Positions 25,252 through 35,445 of a stretch of 36,272 bases of DNA are shown here, piece by piece (position 1 is the first letter of the stretch; each line of letters opens with the position of its first letter). Source of the stretch: an uncultured Gemmatimonadota bacterium (GTDB lineage Bacteria > Gemmatimonadota > Gemmatimonadetes > Gemmatimonadales > Gemmatimonadaceae); the NCBI GenBank assembly GCA_903894655.1, contig CAITQY010000171.1, forward strand, positions 1-36,272, written 5' to 3'. Both the position numbers and the translations under genes were made by a program. The notes below the pieces were generated by a model that made no database searches, was not told the DNA's origin, and saw only the letters and a list, made by a program, of their open reading frames with translations.

Positions 25252-25716
25252 TTAGATGAGCGAGTTCACGCTGATCGTGAACGGCAGGCGCACCGAGGTG
25301 CCGTCGGCGAACTGCTCGACGAATACCTCGACATCCGACAGCTCGACGCGCATCACGCCCGAGACGCCCAGCGTGTAGTTGGCGCGCACCGCGTCGGAGA
25401 TATAGCCGAGAATGTTAAAGGCGCGGGTACGCGTGGCCGACACGTCAACATCGCCAGTCTGCGAGATGACACAGCAGGAGATTTCGACACGCTCTTCGCG
25501 CGTTGAGTTGACGCCGGCCATGTCGTTGTACTCCTGGGTGATCGTGCCCGAGCGCGTGTCATCCGGTGAGCCCGTCGAGCCGATCATCACCAGGTCGTTC
25601 ATCCGGTCTTCGGTGATCGGCAGGCCGTCACTGATGACGACAGCACTGAGTGTCGCGGTGGCCTTGAGCAGAGTCACTAGTGCGTCGACGACGCCGGGAA
25701 ATTGTGAGACGGCCAT
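25252..25716 (-). CDS. Tail terminator-like protein
   Basis: Position and size; VRANYTLG pattern. Confidence 0.7.
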   Translation of the reverse strand: MAVSQFPGVVDALVTLLKATATLSAVVISDGLPITEDRMNDLVMIGSTGSPDDTRSGTITQEYNDMAGVNSTREERVEISCCVISQTGDVDVSATRTRAFNILGYISDAVRANYTLGVSGVMRVELSDVEVFVEQFADGTSVRLPFTISVNSLI

Positions 25717-26528
25717 CAGCCGAAACCTGGGACGTTGATGAGGTCGGCAAGTTCCTGCATCCGGTAGGTGATGACGTTGTTGCCGCCCGGGATGAACTCG
25801 TCACCGTTGCCCATCGCCATCGGCGACGCGCCGCGCTTCGTGCGCCACAGGTGCCGCACAGTCTCCTTGACGAGAAGCTGCTCAGTGGGTGACGGCTCGG
25901 TCTTGCCCGCGACGTAGGTGACGGTGATGTTGTTGACGCCGCTGCGCCAGAATCGCCGCATGGTGGAATCTCCGCGGTACACGATTCCCGCGCGGTAGTT
26001 CACGAAGTAGTCGACATCCTCAACTAGTGCGACATCGTTCTCGGTCAGGCTGGTGATCGCGGTCACCGGCTGCTTGATGAGCATCACCGAGCCCTCGACG
26101 GCCGTGTAGTTCTCAGTGAACGACTTGCGCCGCAGCTTCTGGTTCACCATCGACTCGCAGATGTCCGTGGCCTCAAGGATGAACTGCCGGATTTCTTCGT
26201 CGCTCGTAGTGCTGGTGATGTTCAGGTATTTCTTCACGTCGGCCAGGCTGACGATGAACGTTTCGGCCGGGTCGTTGACTTCGAAGCTGTCCGTGTAGGC
26301 GCTCGCGTTGGTTCCCGTCGCGACCCATCGGACGATGTAGCGGCCAACGGTGCTCGGCACGTAGGTGTTCTGATAGACGCCGGTGCTGGTGGCAGTGATG
26401 GCCGCGCTGGTCGTCGAGCCGCTTGGGTCTGTCACGTAGAGCGTGACGAGCGTGGCGTTGGCTAGCGTGCCTGACGAGTCTTTGATGTTGATACTGAGCG
26501 GCACCGGGTCGCCGAGGTCGTAAGCCAT
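25716..26528 (-). CDS. Head-to-tail adaptor with an extra N-terminal Ig-like domain
   Basis: IVSLADVKKYLNI...DEEIRQFILEAT; NITVTYVAG; N-terminal GVYQ..YVP..GRYIVRW. Confidence 0.8.
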   Translation of the reverse strand: MAYDLGDPVPLSINIKDSSGTLANATLVTLYVTDPSGSTTSAAITATSTGVYQNTYVPSTVGRYIVRWVATGTNASAYTDSFEVNDPAETFIVSLADVKKYLNITSTTSDEEIRQFILEATDICESMVNQKLRRKSFTENYTAVEGSVMLIKQPVTAITSLTENDVALVEDVDYFVNYRAGIVYRGDSTMRRFWRSGVNNITVTYVAGKTEPSPTEQLLVKETVRHLWRTKRGASPMAMGNGDEFIPGGNNVITYRMQELADLINVPGFG

Positions 26529-26531
26529 CTG

Positions 26532-26714
26532 TCAGCCTCCCGGCGTGATCGTCGCAGTTTGATACGTGCTGGCCGTCATCGTCGGCCCGCTCATCGTGGC
26601 CGGGCTTGCGGTCGCGCTGATGCCGGTCGTGGTAGCAATCGGCGTATTCGTGCCTGGTGTGTAGTCGTACATCTCCACGTCGTAGGTCACGGCGTCGTTG
26701 TAGGTGCGCGGCAT
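26532..26714 (-). CDS. Small Thr-rich protein
   Basis: TGATG-coupled ORF. Confidence 0.6.
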   Translation of the reverse strand: MPRTYNDAVTYDVEMYDYTPGTNTPIATTTGISATASPATMSGPTMTASTYQTATITPGG

Positions 26715-26911
26715 CAGTCGGCCGTCACGGTGCCGTCAGCGTTGACCACGCCATCTCCGAACGCCTCGTCGTCCCAGATGAACCACGCCTCGCTGATCGT
26801 GTCGCCGGGTCCGAGCGGCTCGGCGTCGACGGTGAGAATGACAGGCTCGCCGAGCTGCACGGCGTTGACGGTGAGCCCGGCGCTGTTGGTCTTGCTGCGT
26901 AGTCGGCCCAT
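26714..26911 (-). CDS. Small hypothetical protein
   Basis: Coupled ORF in the structural operon. Confidence 0.6.
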   Translation of the reverse strand: MGRLRSKTNSAGLTVNAVQLGEPVILTVDAEPLGPGDTISEAWFIWDDEAFGDGVVNADGTVTAD

Positions 26912-26913
26912 TG

Positions 26914-28425
26914 TCAGACTCCCCACGGTGCGGCGTTGGCTATGACGGTGATTTCGCGGGCGGTGAGCGCGCGGCGGAAGACGGCGGCGGCGGTGAACTC
27001 CATGTCGGCGTAAGACGTCCCGACTCCCGAACTGCGACCAATCCGAACCGTCTGCGTGTTAGCCGCTGAGCCGACGGCGGCCGTTGATGTGCTTGTGTGA
27101 ATCGTTGCATTGATGATGGGGCGTAAAGTGCGCGCTACGCGATCCACAATCATTCCATTAGTAGTTAGCGTTCCAGCAATCCACGCGGCGGTCGTGGTGC
27201 CAGTGTTGATAATGTTAGGACCGTCGCTCAAAACAACGTTGTTGAATTGTCCAGTACTGAAGTTAGCAACGCTCCAGCCGTTTGGCGCGGTGAGGCTAGC
27301 GTCAAGTTTGACGATGATGCGGGCTGCCGAAACTTGCGTCGCCCAGCGTCGAGCCACCGCCAAAGCCGTAAACGAATCGCCCTGCCCAAAGTTGAGCAGC
27401 CCATGCTGCGCCGCGTCCTGACACTCCAGGTAGTCATCAGTCCCGAGCAGCATGCACGGCCGCCCGCCCTTAGTCTTCGACGGCATCGCCACCGACTTGC
27501 GGCCCGAGGTCGAACGGTTGATCGTCACCGTCTGCGAGGTCGTGGCGGTGAACGAGGTCGCCGCGCCGGAGGTGATTGCGTCACAGTCAACGTCGAGGGT
27601 CGTGCTGCCGTTGATCCGCTCGATCAACCGGAACACGCGCCCCTGAAAGGCTGACCCGCCCGTCGTGTAGGCGATGTCGCCGATGCGCGCGTTGACGCTC
27701 GGGACGGTGAGGCCGGTCACGCCCGTGAAGGTCTGCGTGTAGAAGGTCGTCCATGTTGATGGCTCGGCCACTGCGTCGTCCGCGTACTCCATCGTGACCA
27801 CCGTGTTTGCGGCTGAGGCGTCAACGGTCCAGCGATACCAGTACTTACCAACCGGAAAGCCCGATGCTGATGAAGCGGTCGTTTGCCGCTGGGTGCCGCC
27901 GCCATCCACGAAAAATACAACCGACCGAATATTTGCACCGGAGTAGCGGAAATAGATTTCCATCAATGCCGCCGCGGACGAGGAGCGCGAGTAGATGACC
28001 GGCAGCGCCACCGCCGTGGTGTCAAGCAGCGCCGAAACCTGCCACGTCGTGGCCGTGCCCGCCCGGTTGTCCGTCGTCCCAAGGTTGTTCCCGCCACTAC
28101 CGGGCAAATACACATAGCCCAGACCTTCAGGCCCGAGCCACTTCGGGTCGTTGCTGTTAGCCACACCCGACGAGCCGAGGCGCAAGTCCAACGCCGACCC
28201 GGCCGTGCCGATGTTGCGGAGGAACCTGTCACCGTCACGGAAGCCGGAGCGGTCCACATCCCACCATGCTTCAGCGGTGGCGAGGATCTCTTCAGCCTCC
28301 GAGGTCGCCCGACGCCCACGCGGCCACGAGCGCGGGACATCGGCGGGCATGAGGTTCGCGGGTCGCGCCCAGCCTGTCGGCGTCGGCGAGCGATCCACCG
28401 ACGGCCAGCGCGTTGTGGTGTTCAT
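26914..28425 (-). CDS. Concanavalin/LamG-like lectin-fold virion protein
   Basis: Two beta-sandwich-like regions; GTDDYLE, LNFG..DSFT, AAAVFRRALTAREI. Confidence 0.7.
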   Translation of the reverse strand: MNTTTRWPSVDRSPTPTGWARPANLMPADVPRSWPRGRRATSEAEEILATAEAWWDVDRSGFRDGDRFLRNIGTAGSALDLRLGSSGVANSNDPKWLGPEGLGYVYLPGSGGNNLGTTDNRAGTATTWQVSALLDTTAVALPVIYSRSSSAAALMEIYFRYSGANIRSVVFFVDGGGTQRQTTASSASGFPVGKYWYRWTVDASAANTVVTMEYADDAVAEPSTWTTFYTQTFTGVTGLTVPSVNARIGDIAYTTGGSAFQGRVFRLIERINGSTTLDVDCDAITSGAATSFTATTSQTVTINRSTSGRKSVAMPSKTKGGRPCMLLGTDDYLECQDAAQHGLLNFGQGDSFTALAVARRWATQVSAARIIVKLDASLTAPNGWSVANFSTGQFNNVVLSDGPNIINTGTTTAAWIAGTLTTNGMIVDRVARTLRPIINATIHTSTSTAAVGSAANTQTVRIGRSSGVGTSYADMEFTAAAVFRRALTAREITVIANAAPWGV

Positions 28426-28427
28426 GC

Positions 28428-28820
28428 TCAGGTCAGGTCGCCCGCGAGCGCGTAGACGCGCGTAGCCTGCGTGATGGTCGTGGTGCAGCCGATGGAGTAC
28501 GCGACGCCGGGAAGGATGAGGTTCTGGTAGGTCGCCGTGTTTCGGTTGGCCTTGACCGTGTTTGACGAGGTCGCGGCCGTGATGGCGACCTGATCGAAGA
28601 GTGTCCACGTCGAGCCGCTGTCGGTCGAGATGAACAGGTTGACGAGGGCGGCGGCCGAGGTCGCCGAGCACTGAGCCGCGATCTCCAGCACACGCGTGCC
28701 CGCAGCCACTCCGGTGATAAGTGACGTGATCGTGCCGGTTCCGTCAATGGCCGTGTTGGCCGTCGACACTGAGGCGACGGTCAGGCGCGGTGTCGAGACA
28801 AATGCGGGCGTGGTGGCCAT
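28428..28820 (-). CDS. Putative head decoration/fibre protein
   Basis: Thr/Ala-rich; GAGGAG RBS. Confidence 0.7.
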   Translation of the reverse strand: MATTPAFVSTPRLTVASVSTANTAIDGTGTITSLITGVAAGTRVLEIAAQCSATSAAALVNLFISTDSGSTWTLFDQVAITAATSSNTVKANRNTATYQNLILPGVAYSIGCTTTITQATRVYALAGDLT

Positions 28821-28829
28821 GATGCTCCT

Positions 28830-29204
28830 CTAGACGAAGAAAGCGTTTAGGTAGAGATAGTTGCCCGCACCGAGTGGGCCAGTGGCGCCCGTTGCGCCGG
28901 TCGGACCAGCGGCGCCCGTGGGGCCAGTGGCGCCCGTGGAACCAGCCGGACCCGTCAAGCCCGTGGCGCCAGTCGCTCCAGTGGCACCAGTCGGGCCAGT
29001 CGGCCCGATGACTCCCAGCGCAATGGCCGTCAGGCGCGCGGCAACCGTCGCGTAGGACGACTGAGGGTTGACGCCGAGCGTGGCCTCAATGGCCTCAATC
29101 GCATCGTTCGCGTTGGCGTGCTGGCCCGCGTGGGAGACGAGGGCTTGGCTGTCACCTGGCGCCGGGTTGGTGAGCGCGTCAAGGGTGGCCGGATAGGTGC
29201 TCAC
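28830..29204 (-). CDS. Collagen-like repeat protein
   Basis: About 15 Gly-X-Y triplets (GPT/GAT); [17 protein letters not shown]-domain. Confidence 0.85.
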   Translation of the reverse strand: MSTYPATLDALTNPAPGDSQALVSHAGQHANANDAIEAIEATLGVNPQSSYATVAARLTAIALGVIGPTGPTGATGATGATGLTGPAGSTGATGPTGAAGPTGATGATGPLGAGNYLYLNAFFV

Positions 29205-29929
29205 TCACTGACCTCCTGGCTCTCTTCGACGGCACGCATGGCGAGTTGGAACTGACGCTGCGATCTGTACATTTCAGCCGTCAGAACGTAAGACTTCTGA
29301 TGGCCCACCGTGATGCCCGTGTGAACGTGCACCGGAAAGCCGAGCTGCCCGGCGCGCAACATGAAGGTCATGTCCTCCGAGACGCGCGAGTTGCGAATCT
29401 CGCCCTCTTGGAACCACGGGTAGGCGACCGAGAACTGTTTAGCGGCGACGGCTTCAAACACGCGGCGATGGATGAGAACGCACGCGGCGCCCGTGCCGAC
29501 AACCTGAAAGAGCTCGTCCTCCGGGAAGTCAAGGAAGCGGATCGTCTGCGGCCCGCCGTCCTCGGCCTCGACCATCGAGTAGAGGGTCGGGAAGAGTTCG
29601 CCGTCATTGACGCCGAACGCGAGCGCACCCACAATCGGCGCCGTCTTAGCGTCGGCCGCGTCGACCAGGCGCTCGACTAGAAACCTGTCAAACGTCATGT
29701 CGGCATCGAGCATGAGCAGCCATTCCGCGTCGCCCGCTAGGAATTGCTCAACGATCTCATTGCGGCCCGACGAGATGTTGACGCCCGAATAGACCGGCAG
29801 CAACGTTCGAAGATGCGAGCCGGCCGTCAGCTCGTGCGCCAACATTCCGGCCAGCGAATTACAGAAACCTGACGCCACCTCTTGGCCGTAGCAATAGCCG
29901 ACGGCCACCGTGCCTTTCACTACCTTCAT
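29201..29929 (-). CDS. Glycosyltransferase (GT-A fold)
   Basis: [19 protein letters not shown] (DxD), [20 protein letters not shown]. Confidence 0.88.
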   Translation of the reverse strand: MKVVKGTVAVGYCYGQEVASGFCNSLAGMLAHELTAGSHLRTLLPVYSGVNISSGRNEIVEQFLAGDAEWLLMLDADMTFDRFLVERLVDAADAKTAPIVGALAFGVNDGELFPTLYSMVEAEDGGPQTIRFLDFPEDELFQVVGTGAACVLIHRRVFEAVAAKQFSVAYPWFQEGEIRNSRVSEDMTFMLRAGQLGFPVHVHTGITVGHQKSYVLTAEMYRSQRQFQLAMRAVEESQEVSE

Positions 29930-29959
29930 GCGCCCCACTCCCCTCAGAGTGTTTCAGTG

Positions 29960-30000
29960 CTCACTGAGGGCCGGCCGGGTTGCGGCCGACCCTCAGCGAG
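29960..30000 (-). terminator. Strong hairpin after the capsid gene
   Basis: CTCGCTGAGGGTCGGCCG-CAACC-CGGCCGGCCCTCAGTGAG, 18-bp stem with G-U pairs, no U tract. Confidence 0.65.
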
Positions 30001-30011
30001 TTTGTGACTGG

Positions 30012-31439
30012 TTAGAGCTTCAGCACGCGGAACGCGCCGGGCACCAGAGCGTCGGAGCCGACGCGCCAGTTGTAGAACCAGCCGCGCTGTCCCAGAGGAC
30101 GGCCCGACGTGGTGTCGAAGGTGTTCGGGATGTACTCCATGGTGCTGCCGATCCTGTCGAAGATCAGGAACTGCGAGAAGTCACCGGCGAGCAGGATGTT
30201 GCTGCCCGTGGTGATCGTCGACGCCATGCTGTACGCCTCGTACTGAGGACGGCCCAGCAGCTCGTTCGGCTGGTTCGCGCCCAGGTTCGCCCAGAAGCTG
30301 GAGCCGCCGTTCTGGTCCATCCGACGGACGATGCCGTAGGTGGAGTAGTTGGCGATCCAGGACGACTTGGAACGGAACCGCGGCGGCACGCCCTCGATGA
30401 CGGCGTCCACGTCGGCGCGTGAGGCGGTGGTGAACGTTCCACCAGTGGTCGGCGAGACACGTGAAGCCGTGACAGCAGTCACGGCCGTGACGATTCCCTT
30501 GGGCTGGCCGGAGCCGGTGCCCGTGGCAAACGCCGCGTCCTCAAGGCGGTCCTTCGCGTCAGCGAAGAGCGCCGGGAGTGAGTTGGCGAGAGCCGTGTCC
30601 TCGAGCACCTCAAACGATGCCGCGACGAACGCGTCGGCAAGGTAGGCGGTAACCGACGGCTGGGCCAGAGTCGGCGAAGCGTCGGCAGCAGTGCCGTTCT
30701 CCGTCTTCCACTCAGCGGTGACGCCGGCGCTTGAGATGCCGTTCCACTTGTTCGAGACGCCAGTCTCGATCCGGCTGATCTGGCGGAACGGGTTAGCGGC
30801 GCCCGTGTTCGACAGGATGACCGTGGGGTCGAGCAGGAACGGGATCGCGTAGCCACCATTGGCGGCAGTGGTCGACAGAGCAGCACGGAACGCGGCAGCC
30901 TCTTCGGGCTCCAGCATCGAGTGGAAGTCCATCGGGTACTGGAGCACCTTGAGGAATGCGCGGTGGTAGGCCGGCGATCCGGTGAGCAGCGCGTGACGTG
31001 CGACCTCGGTGGGCGTGGTCACGTGGACCTCGGCCGAGTTCTCGATCAGACGCGTGGCGCGCTCCTGCCAGTCACTGCTGTAGCCAGTGGCCGACTCGAT
31101 GGCGGTGAGGGCGCGCGAGGCGACCTCACTGGCCTCCATGCGCTTGACGGTGCCAGAGTCGGCACCCTCAAACGGCGAGCGCTTGAACATGACCTCGGGC
31201 GCTCCGCCGAAGCCGGACTCGCGGTTGGCGGGGTCGGCGGCAGCGGTACGAACCGCGGCGGCCTTCTCCTCCAGTGCGCGAGCAGAGGCGAGGCTGCTGA
31301 CAGCCTCGTCGTATTCGGCGACGATCGTCTCGGACCGGGTCGCCTGCTCGTCGGTGGGGGACTCAACGTCCGCCAGGGCGAGCATCTCGGTGCGGAGCGA
31401 GTCGACCGTGGTCGACAGCTCCTCGATGCGCTTGTTCAT
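30012..31439 (-). CDS. Major capsid protein (HK97 fold, with delta domain)
   Basis: GGYAIP, GTGSGQPKGI, LLGRP, GDFSQF. Confidence 0.95.
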   Translation of the reverse strand: MNKRIEELSTTVDSLRTEMLALADVESPTDEQATRSETIVAEYDEAVSSLASARALEEKAAAVRTAAADPANRESGFGGAPEVMFKRSPFEGADSGTVKRMEASEVASRALTAIESATGYSSDWQERATRLIENSAEVHVTTPTEVARHALLTGSPAYHRAFLKVLQYPMDFHSMLEPEEAAAFRAALSTTAANGGYAIPFLLDPTVILSNTGAANPFRQISRIETGVSNKWNGISSAGVTAEWKTENGTAADASPTLAQPSVTAYLADAFVAASFEVLEDTALANSLPALFADAKDRLEDAAFATGTGSGQPKGIVTAVTAVTASRVSPTTGGTFTTASRADVDAVIEGVPPRFRSKSSWIANYSTYGIVRRMDQNGGSSFWANLGANQPNELLGRPQYEAYSMASTITTGSNILLAGDFSQFLIFDRIGSTMEYIPNTFDTTSGRPLGQRGWFYNWRVGSDALVPGAFRVLKL

Positions 31440-32317
31440 CTTTTGATACCTCTTTCGATGAGGGACACCCGCAACACGTTGCGAGCGATAACGAACCGAC
31501 CTGGGTGCGTGAGCGGCCCATCGGCACCGGCTCCGGTTGGAGTGGTGGAAGCCCTGGCGGCGATGGCTTCGTCAAGCCGTCGCGCGAGGGAAGTCAGTGA
31601 CGACGACATCTGCATGGGGCTCATGTCGCCCATGTCGTAGGCCATGCCTTCGGCCTCTTCGTCGTCCATGTTCGGGTCAGGCATCCCGAGGATCTGCGAG
31701 ATGACCGACTGCGCCATGTCAAGCGCACCATCGGCGCATGCGAGCGCGTCAATGATCGGGTCGAGCTTCACGTCGGCGACAGTGAGGCAGGCGAGCAACT
31801 GCTGAGCGAGCATCTGCTCGTCGGGTGCGAGCTGGCGCAGGCCAGTCACGACCGCGCCCTCGTAGGCCGGAAAAGTGACTAGGCTCACCTCTCTCAGTGC
31901 GACCTCGGTGCGAACGGTGATGGACCCGTCGCGCTTGGCCTGCATCGGGACGAAGCCAACGGAGAAGGCACCGAGCACGCCATCGCGCACGAGCTCAAGC
32001 TGGTCGCGGCCATGCGCGGTGTCGGACACGCGGAACGAGCCCATCAGGCCCGCGTCTGTCTCGACCATGTCGACGGCACGGCCGAGCGGCCTGTTGGCGT
32101 CGTGCTGGGAGAGCAGTCGCAGGGCGAAGCGGTCGACGGGCTTCTCGCTCAGGTACTTCGAGAACGCGCCGCGCTGGAACCGCTCCTGGTAGGACGGGCC
32201 GCCGTCGGACACCTTGGCGGTCTGGCCGTAAGGGACGACGATGCCCTGAATGGTGCGGCCGTCACCGTCGGACCTCACCTCAAGCTCAGTGGTATAGGAG
32301 CGACTGAGAGCGTCCAC
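31436..32317 (-). CDS. HK97-type prohead protease with acidic C-terminal extension
   Basis: ERFQRGAF, LSQHD, FSVGF, LREVSLVTFPAY; GAAGGGA RBS before GTG 32317 (frame open to 32353). Confidence 0.92.
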   Translation of the reverse strand: MDALSRSYTTELEVRSDGDGRTIQGIVVPYGQTAKVSDGGPSYQERFQRGAFSKYLSEKPVDRFALRLLSQHDANRPLGRAVDMVETDAGLMGSFRVSDTAHGRDQLELVRDGVLGAFSVGFVPMQAKRDGSITVRTEVALREVSLVTFPAYEGAVVTGLRQLAPDEQMLAQQLLACLTVADVKLDPIIDALACADGALDMAQSVISQILGMPDPNMDDEEAEGMAYDMGDMSPMQMSSSLTSLARRLDEAIAARASTTPTGAGADGPLTHPGRFVIARNVLRVSLIERGIKR

Positions 32318-32349
32318 GTTGGTTCCCTTCGGGTTGAGTGAGCGCCCCA

Positions 32350-33603
32350 TCACGTAGCCACATCGTTCGCGGCGGTCTGCTGGTAGAGCTGAACGGAAAC
32401 TAGGCCGCTGTGCTTGAGGAGATTGAGGTCACCGGCAGTCAATGCGTCGATGATCGACTCCGACTCGTAGCCCGCGGTGAGCAGAGTCGACGCGGTCTGT
32501 GCGAGCACCTGCATGGTGGCGGCGCGCTCCTGCTCGCCATCACGCAGCGCAGGGATGCCGCTCACGTCGTACCAGAGCCGCGAGCCGTCGGGCACGCGCA
32601 CCAGCGGCGAGAGCGCGGCGGCCACCGACTGCCACAGGAACGCCATCGTGCCATTGCCAAACGCCTTCAACGCTTGCTCGTAGTTGCTGTAGGTCGCGGC
32701 GTCCAAGCCGCGCGACAGACCCGCGACGATGGCAGGAACACCGGAGGCCGCGGCGATGCGCGCCTCGCCAGCAGACTGGACTACGTCATAGTCCATATCC
32801 TTGAACGATGAGCCGACGACCGTCAGGTCTGCGCCCTCGTCGAGCACGACGGTGCCACCGGCGCCAGCAGGTCCGCCGTAGCGCGCCTGCCAACGCTCTT
32901 TGATCGACATCAGCGTCTCGTTGTTCAGCTTCTGCGCATACTTGAGCATCAGGTTCGGCGTCGCGGCGTTGTCGAAAAAAATCTGCCGGTGGCGCGTCAT
33001 CGCGACATCGGCGTTGATCTCTCGCAGCACCGGCGTCAGCCAGGACATCCCGCGATGGCGGGCGAGCGGGTCAGGGATCGGTGACCAGTGCGCGACCTCG
33101 TCGACGCGGAAGTCGACCTCTGTTCCTTGGCCTAGGCCACCCTCGCAGTACGTGTAGCCGATGACATCGTGACGGCCGGCGTAGGACGGCGACGTGATGA
33201 CCGTCACCCAGTCGGGCCGGTGCACGACGAGCACGTCACCGTCGCGGCGGACGAACGCGTTGCCCGAGATCGAGTTGTGCTGCTCCATCCGTGCGAGGAG
33301 GTCGCCGGTGGTGCCGTTGGCCCACGGCCGGCGCAGAATCTCCAGCTCAGGGTCGTCGTAGAGCTTGCCGGTCGCAATGTCTTGGAAGCGGAACTCTGCC
33401 TGGGCGATCATCTGGACGCGAGCGAGCACGCACGCGAATACGACCGAGTTGGCCGCATAGCCAAGGGCGGCATAGTCGCGGTAGGTGTTGACGATTCGCT
33501 CAGAGGTTGTGCCGCCGTAGCTCTGCGACATGAACGCAACGAGCTCGGGCTCAGGTAGTAGCGAGCGGTCACCGCCCCGGATGCGATCAATCACTCGGCT
33601 CAC
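32350..33603 (-). CDS. Portal protein
   Basis: NSVVFACV, GNAFV, RGMSWL, FFDNAATP, IAAASGVP. Confidence 0.93.
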   Translation of the reverse strand: MSRVIDRIRGGDRSLLPEPELVAFMSQSYGGTTSERIVNTYRDYAALGYAANSVVFACVLARVQMIAQAEFRFQDIATGKLYDDPELEILRRPWANGTTGDLLARMEQHNSISGNAFVRRDGDVLVVHRPDWVTVITSPSYAGRHDVIGYTYCEGGLGQGTEVDFRVDEVAHWSPIPDPLARHRGMSWLTPVLREINADVAMTRHRQIFFDNAATPNLMLKYAQKLNNETLMSIKERWQARYGGPAGAGGTVVLDEGADLTVVGSSFKDMDYDVVQSAGEARIAAASGVPAIVAGLSRGLDAATYSNYEQALKAFGNGTMAFLWQSVAAALSPLVRVPDGSRLWYDVSGIPALRDGEQERAATMQVLAQTASTLLTAGYESESIIDALTAGDLNLLKHSGLVSVQLYQQTAANDVAT

Positions 33604-33746
33604 TTGAACACATCCCCATCAATGAGAAGGCCAACGGCCGCGAGCGCGACGCCCGCCACCATTAAGGCTGCAGGGATCGACAGCATCGCGACGCCAGCGA
33701 CCAGGAGAACGCCGCCGAGCAGGATCAGTAGCAACGGCCACACCAT
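33600..33746 (-). CDS. Small two-TM protein between terminase and portal
   Basis: GAGGAGG RBS; MVWPLLLILLGGVLLVAGVAMLSIPAALMVAG... Confidence 0.75.
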   Translation of the reverse strand: MVWPLLLILLGGVLLVAGVAMLSIPAALMVAGVALAAVGLLIDGDVFK

Positions 33747-33759
33747 TGGGCGAACCTCC

Positions 33760-35163
33760 TCAGATCACGTAGACGGACGGCTCGGTCTTGGCGCCGGTGG
33801 AGCGGGACGCCCAGTGGGCGAGGGTCGCCGAGACGAGCGGCGAGATGTCGACATCGGTGGACGACTTGCGAGCCCACGCCCACGCATCGCCGAGAGGTCG
33901 CCGACGCGCCGAGAGTGCAGCGGCCGAGAGGTCGGACTGGCCTAGGTGCTTGATGAAGCCGCCGTCGACAGCGTCAAAGAAACCGCCGCAGGCCTGAGCG
34001 ACATCGCGCGCAGAAGTCAGGACGACGGGCACGCGCGCCGCCTCGAAGTCAGCGAGCAGCGAACCAGCAGGGCCGCCGGCGTCGACAACCACGGCGCCAG
34101 GCGACCAGCGATCCACGAGCTCGCGGACGCGCTCGACGACCCACGAGGTACCGCGCCGGTAGTCGACAAGCTCGACATGCGTGAGCCCGTCATCGCGACG
34201 GCCGGCCACCGAGATCGCAGCCCACGAGCGGTCGAGGCTGACGTCGATGCCGAAGCAGACCGGGTCAAGCATGACGCTGGCCTCGTCCTGGCAGGCGGCC
34301 CACTGGTCGTCGTTGAAGACGCCATCGGGCACGCGCTTAGGCCAGATGCTCAGTCGCTCCTGCCGGAACCAGTCGACGTCGCCGGAGAGTGCGGCGAGTT
34401 CGCGGCCGATGTGCTCGGCTGAGATGCGAATGCCCATCGCAGGGTTAGCCGCAGCCCACGCCTGCGGGTCGGCCGGGTCGGACTCCTCCGGCGCGCTCCA
34501 CTCGAGGTAGCACAGTGACGCGTCGCCGCCAGCGAGTGCACGTTCGCGTAGGCCGCGTAGGTGCGTGGCCTGATCGTCGACGGTTCCCGTGTAGATGACC
34601 TGCGGGTTAGGCCGCGTCGACAGCACGGGGATGAGCGCGCTCATGTCCTCGGAGTCGAGCACCTGGCACTCGTCAAGGATGACCACGTCGGCGGTGAAGC
34701 CGCGACCACTCGTCCTCGAGCGCGCGACGAATTGCAACCGCTGGCCGGTCTTGAGTTCGATGCCCTCTTCGCCGTGTGAGGTTCGGATGTTCTTCACGCG
34801 TGACTTGAGCGCGGGTGTCTGCTCGATCAATCCGACGAGGCGACGGAACGCCTCCCTGCACGTCTTGAACTGATGAGCTGACCACAGGAGCTGAGTTTCT
34901 TCCAGTAGGAATAGACCAGCCAGGGCTCGCGCCTCAAGCACGGCGCCCTTGCCGTTCTGACGAGCGCAGACAAGCGCGACTTCAAATGCCGACCACGACT
35001 TATCGGCTCGGCGCCCGAGCATCTGCTCCAAAGTGAACGCTTGCCACGGGTCGAGCGCGAGGCCAGCCGCGGCGCAGAGGTCGACGGCGTCAGAGCCGAG
35101 CGAGTCAACCCTTGGCGGGACGCTTGACAGCCTCGGAAGCTGCACGCCTTGCGCGGAGCTCAT
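33760..35163 (-). CDS. terL: Terminase large subunit
   Basis: Walker A ARQNGKG, Walker B VVILDE, AANPAMG, FGIDVS. Confidence 0.95.
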   Translation of the reverse strand: MSSAQGVQLPRLSSVPPRVDSLGSDAVDLCAAAGLALDPWQAFTLEQMLGRRADKSWSAFEVALVCARQNGKGAVLEARALAGLFLLEETQLLWSAHQFKTCREAFRRLVGLIEQTPALKSRVKNIRTSHGEEGIELKTGQRLQFVARSRTSGRGFTADVVILDECQVLDSEDMSALIPVLSTRPNPQVIYTGTVDDQATHLRGLRERALAGGDASLCYLEWSAPEESDPADPQAWAAANPAMGIRISAEHIGRELAALSGDVDWFRQERLSIWPKRVPDGVFNDDQWAACQDEASVMLDPVCFGIDVSLDRSWAAISVAGRRDDGLTHVELVDYRRGTSWVVERVRELVDRWSPGAVVVDAGGPAGSLLADFEAARVPVVLTSARDVAQACGGFFDAVDGGFIKHLGQSDLSAAALSARRRPLGDAWAWARKSSTDVDISPLVSATLAHWASRSTGAKTEPSVYVI

Positions 35164-35344
35164 CAATGAAATCGGCCTCCTCGGCCGGCCCCTCAGCCAG
35201 CGCATCCAATACCCCGACGAGCTGACGCGCCACAGATGCGGCGTCACGAATCTCGGGGTCGTCAAGGCGCGCGGCCAGGTTGTCGCGGATCGCGGCCAAG
35301 ATCGCCGCGCGGTGGCCCGTCGCGGCGGCGTCGGAAACGGACAC
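35105..35344 (-). CDS. terS: Terminase small subunit
   Basis: GGAGG RBS; LAAIRDNLAARLD...IDELRARR; overlaps the terL start. Confidence 0.8.
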   Translation of the reverse strand: MSVSDAAATGHRAAILAAIRDNLAARLDDPEIRDAASVARQLVGVLDALAEGPAEEADFIDELRARRAASEAVKRPAKG

Positions 35345-35359
35345 GACGGCCTCCAGAGA

Positions 35360-35445
35360 CGCGCTAGGGAGAGAAAAACTGCGGAAGTGCGCGGTCAGCA
35401 GGATGACGCTCGACGATCGCCGACCCCACCCCCTAGGCCCGGCGG
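35360..35445 (-). other. Probable cos/packaging region
   Basis: Non-coding gap between HNH and TerS with GGGGGTGGGG...TTTTTCTCTCCC; positional inference. Confidence 0.5.

Noticed and set aside
16913-28425. Diversity-generating retroelement or invertible tail-fibre shufflon
   Set aside because: No reverse transcriptase, no template/variable repeat pair and no repeated crossover sites seen by eye around the tail genes
28860-29010. 9-bp periodic repeats as a non-coding repeat element
   Set aside because: Fully explained by Gly-X-Y collagen coding
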